In this document: positions 61,697-64,000 of the stretch, piece after piece
Layout of the letters: each line of letters begins with the position of its first letter
How positions within the stretch are numbered: the stretch's first letter is position 1
Assembly (NCBI RefSeq): GCF_963921235.1
Contig: NC_086106.1
Location: 18,476,001-18,540,000 of the forward strand
Direction of reading: 5' to 3'
DNA length: 64,000 bases
Origin: Mobula hypostoma
Taxonomy: Eukaryota
Program-made: the position numbers and the translations under genes
The notes under the pieces: generated by a model
The model's database searches: none
The model's input: only the letters and a program-made list of their open reading frames with translations
What the model was told of the DNA's origin: nothing

Positions 61697-62702
61697 TACT
61701 GCACAACAATTTTTTCAAAAATGTTGCTTCCTCAGAATTTTTTTTGTTTATGATAGACTGCTTGAAGATGAACACAAATATAATTTCAGACTACTTGGAT
61801 CACGTAGGAATTTGGAGAAACAACAAATTAACTTTTATTGAATATAATGTGTTTAATTGCATAATGGTGCTGATGCTTTGCAATAGTTCAACTAAGATGA
61901 AAATATTTTGTTAATGATTTTCATTTGTGCTCAATGTCTGCGGCTTCTTGCTTAGCTGTCCAACAATAATCCACCAGCATCGATGGATTCCAGTTGCCCT
62001 GATATCTTTTCTCCATGACCGCAACGTCCTGGTGAAACCTCTCACCATGCTCATCACTAACAGCACCAAGATTTGCAGGGAAGAAGTCTAAATGGGAATG
62101 CAGAAAATGAATCTTTAGTGACATATTGCATTTCAAGGTTTTTGTATGCTTGAAGCATGCTTTCAACCAGCTGCATGTAGTTTGGTGCTCTATAGATGCC
62201 GAGAAAAGTTTCAACAACTTCCTTGAATGACTTCCATATGATTTTCTCCGGTCCCACTAGAAATTCTTCAAATTGCCTGTCATTGATGACCTGTTTGATT
62301 TGTGGACCAACAAAAATGCTTTCCTTAATCTTGGCATCAGTTATTCTGGGAAGCATCTGTCTCAAATATCAAAATCCTTCATAGAAATGTTTGTGCCTGG
62401 TGATAGAAAATTCCATCCTTACAGTCCTGAACCCAGTAATTATTACTAAAACCTGTCCTGCCATGCAGCAGCCGTGCCGCCTAAGCATGCTCAAGCCTGC
62501 CTGGACAAGATAGGAATCTTTCCAGCTTACTTTGTAGGCAACATTTTAATTGACTTGAATTATGAATTGAAATAATAAACATAAGTGACTTCAAAAAATG
62601 GTGCGTGATAGGGAAATTTCATGATGATTTTCATGATCAGTAGCCCAAAACTCATAAAATACACCTAAAGGTATTCAGAAAGCAAAATCTTTGTATTCAG
62701 TG
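61697..62702 (-). mobile_element. Internally deleted DNA transposon, probably CMC/Chapaev3-like
   Basis: Transposase C-terminus ...FVGPQIK...; MSLKIHFLHSHLDFFPANLGAVSDEHGERFHQD...EKRYQG.WNPSML.DYCW. Imperfect bipartite TIRs (TACTGCACAACAA..TTGCTTCCT vs rc CACTGAATACAAA..TTGCTTTCT); 3-bp TSD TAT. The family name is from recall of the motif. Confidence 0.8.
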
Positions 62703-62946
62703 TATTCAGAGACATCTTCAAATCAGAATGAATATGCCACAGTTGTCACCAACTTCGTCAAGCCCTGTGTGGATAAGTGTGTGGCTTCAAGAACATACTG
62801 GACATACCCAAAGCAAAAGCTGAGGATGGACCAGGATATTTGTAGTCTGCTGAGGGCTGGATCTATGGCAGTCTAGGCTGGTGATCTAGCATTAGACAAG
62901 AAGCCCAGGTACAACCTGCGGAAGGCTATTTTAAGAGTGAATAAAC

Positions 62947-63799
62947 TCATCTTGGTCAAGATGGTGCCAGAGTGCAATCCTCCCTCGGTCAACCTCTTCC
63001 AGATAGCTCATGAAAATATCCTTTTTTGGTCTTTTATGTCTATTTTTCTCCTTAAATATGTTTCTGGGACTGTTAGAGTTAGAGACTGCGATTTTGATTG
63101 GAAATTGTTTCAGTGATCCAGTACCTTGCTGACTCTGAGAAGATTCTGAGTATGTACTCAGACGGCTTTGATGCAATGAAACTTCAAGACAGCGTGTGAG
63201 CCGATGATTGACTCCATTTCTCCATTTGAAGCATCCATTAAGTGAGAGAGAGTTTCAGCGCCGATGCCTGTGTTTTGATCACTGCTGGAGATGGATTCTG
63301 TGAGCGGCCCTATTGCTGTGTGTCTCGCTGTGACAGGCGGGTCCGCCTCTCTGCCTCGTGTGGTGTCCCTCTCCTCTCTTTCGATGAATGTTGGTGATAT
63401 CGGAGATGGTGTTGTGTTTCTGTGTTTATGGATTCGACTGTTGTGTTTATGGATTGTGGACAGTTTCAGACTTATATTCTGTGTTTTTATTGCCCGTTCC
63501 TTTTCTGTTTTGTTGTGTGAGGGGAGGGTGTTTGGGGGTCGGTGTTCTGTTAGTTTTTTGTGCAGGGGAGGGTTTGTCTTTGGGGAGTCAATGTTCCTGT
63601 TCCGTTTTCTGAAGGGAGAGGGGGTTATTGGGGGCAACTGATGATCAGTATGCTGTTTTTGTCGGTGGGGGTGGTGGTGAAGGGATGGGTTTGATGTTTC
63701 TCTCTGAACGACTTTCATATTCTTGTTTTCGTGGCTATCTGGAGAACACAAATTTCAAGTTGTATGTGGATACAGGCTTTGATAATTAATGAACCTTTG
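62947..63799 (+). mobile_element. Non-coding retroposed element with a Rex1-like 3' tail, inserted in the Rex1 LINE
   Basis: Starts near CAAGATGGTGCC; GT-rich body; ends GATAATTAATGAACCTTTG, similar to 7078-7147; host ...GAGTGAATAAAC|AATTCC... restored around an AAC overlap. Confidence 0.65.
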
Positions 63800-64000
63800 A
63801 ACAATTCCAATTGAACTTAGAGAAGGAATCAGATCCCCTTCAGCTCTGGCAGACTTTTCAGGCCATTACTTCCTACAAGGTGAAACCTAACAACATGAAT
63901 GGCAGTGATGCTTCATTCTCAGATGAGCTCAACACCATTTAAGCACACTTTGAAAGGGAGAATGAAACTACATGTGGGTAAATCCCTGCAGTGTCTGTTG

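Larger units (their letters stand above)
61325..64000 (+). mobile_element. Rex1/Babar LINE (APE and linker) split by two nested insertions; runs off the window end
   Basis: PPQANI.Q.LEELSAVI.KHE; HFGKADHLAVL.LPA.RQRLKT; NEYATVVT.FVK.CVD.CV.SRTY.TYP.QK; then QLW..FQAITSYK.KPNNMNGSDAS..DELN after 63800. Confidence 0.88.

Noticed and set aside
63158-63751. 197-aa minus-strand ORF and nested plus-strand ORFs
   Set aside because: Low-complexity products of the G/T-skewed retroposon body.
1-64000. V, D or J segments and recombination signal sequences
   Set aside because: The CACAGTG/CACTGTG heptamers I checked (e.g. about 29892, 31068, 61248) lack a correctly spaced nonamer, and no V-domain ORF is present. 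The scan was by eye, not exhaustive.
1-64000. CRISPR arrays, rRNA or tRNA genes, prokaryotic operons
   Set aside because: Eukaryotic repeat-rich DNA; no regularly spaced repeat-spacer array or structural RNA gene was seen.

Overview
Vertebrate genomic DNA, almost certainly from a cartilaginous fish (elasmobranch), dominated by nested, decayed transposable elements. These include CR1, Rex1/Babar and Nimb-like LINEs, Penelope-like elements, several Gypsy LTR elements, a Chapaev3-like DNA transposon and Deu-type SINE relics. The only host gene I can support is the 3' part of an immunoglobulin heavy-chain minilocus on the minus strand, most likely IgW (IgNAR is the weaker alternative). Its order is: Cys-rich secretory-tail exon (60644-60762), two intact C domains homologous to IgW CH3/CH4 (60157-60459, 59750-60073), a candidate minimal secretory terminal exon (58793-58949), TM1 (57438-57580) and, about 25.3 kb further on, a TM2 mini-exon with AATAAA (32080-32091; signal 31949-31954). 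No CH5/CH6/tailpiece exons lie between CH4 and TM1. V, D, J, CH1 and CH2 are not in the window. The TM1-TM2 intron is built largely from two diverged copies of the same CR1-inside-CR1 composite, plus a nearly intact Penelope element whose inverted terminal repeat places a hammerhead-ribozyme core in the sense orientation of the Ig pre-mRNA. Positions 1-29,250 are a TE nest containing a Gmr1-type Gypsy with three internal insertions. All family assignments come from motif recognition by eye; no database search or alignment program was run, and TE boundaries without a stated TSD are approximate.
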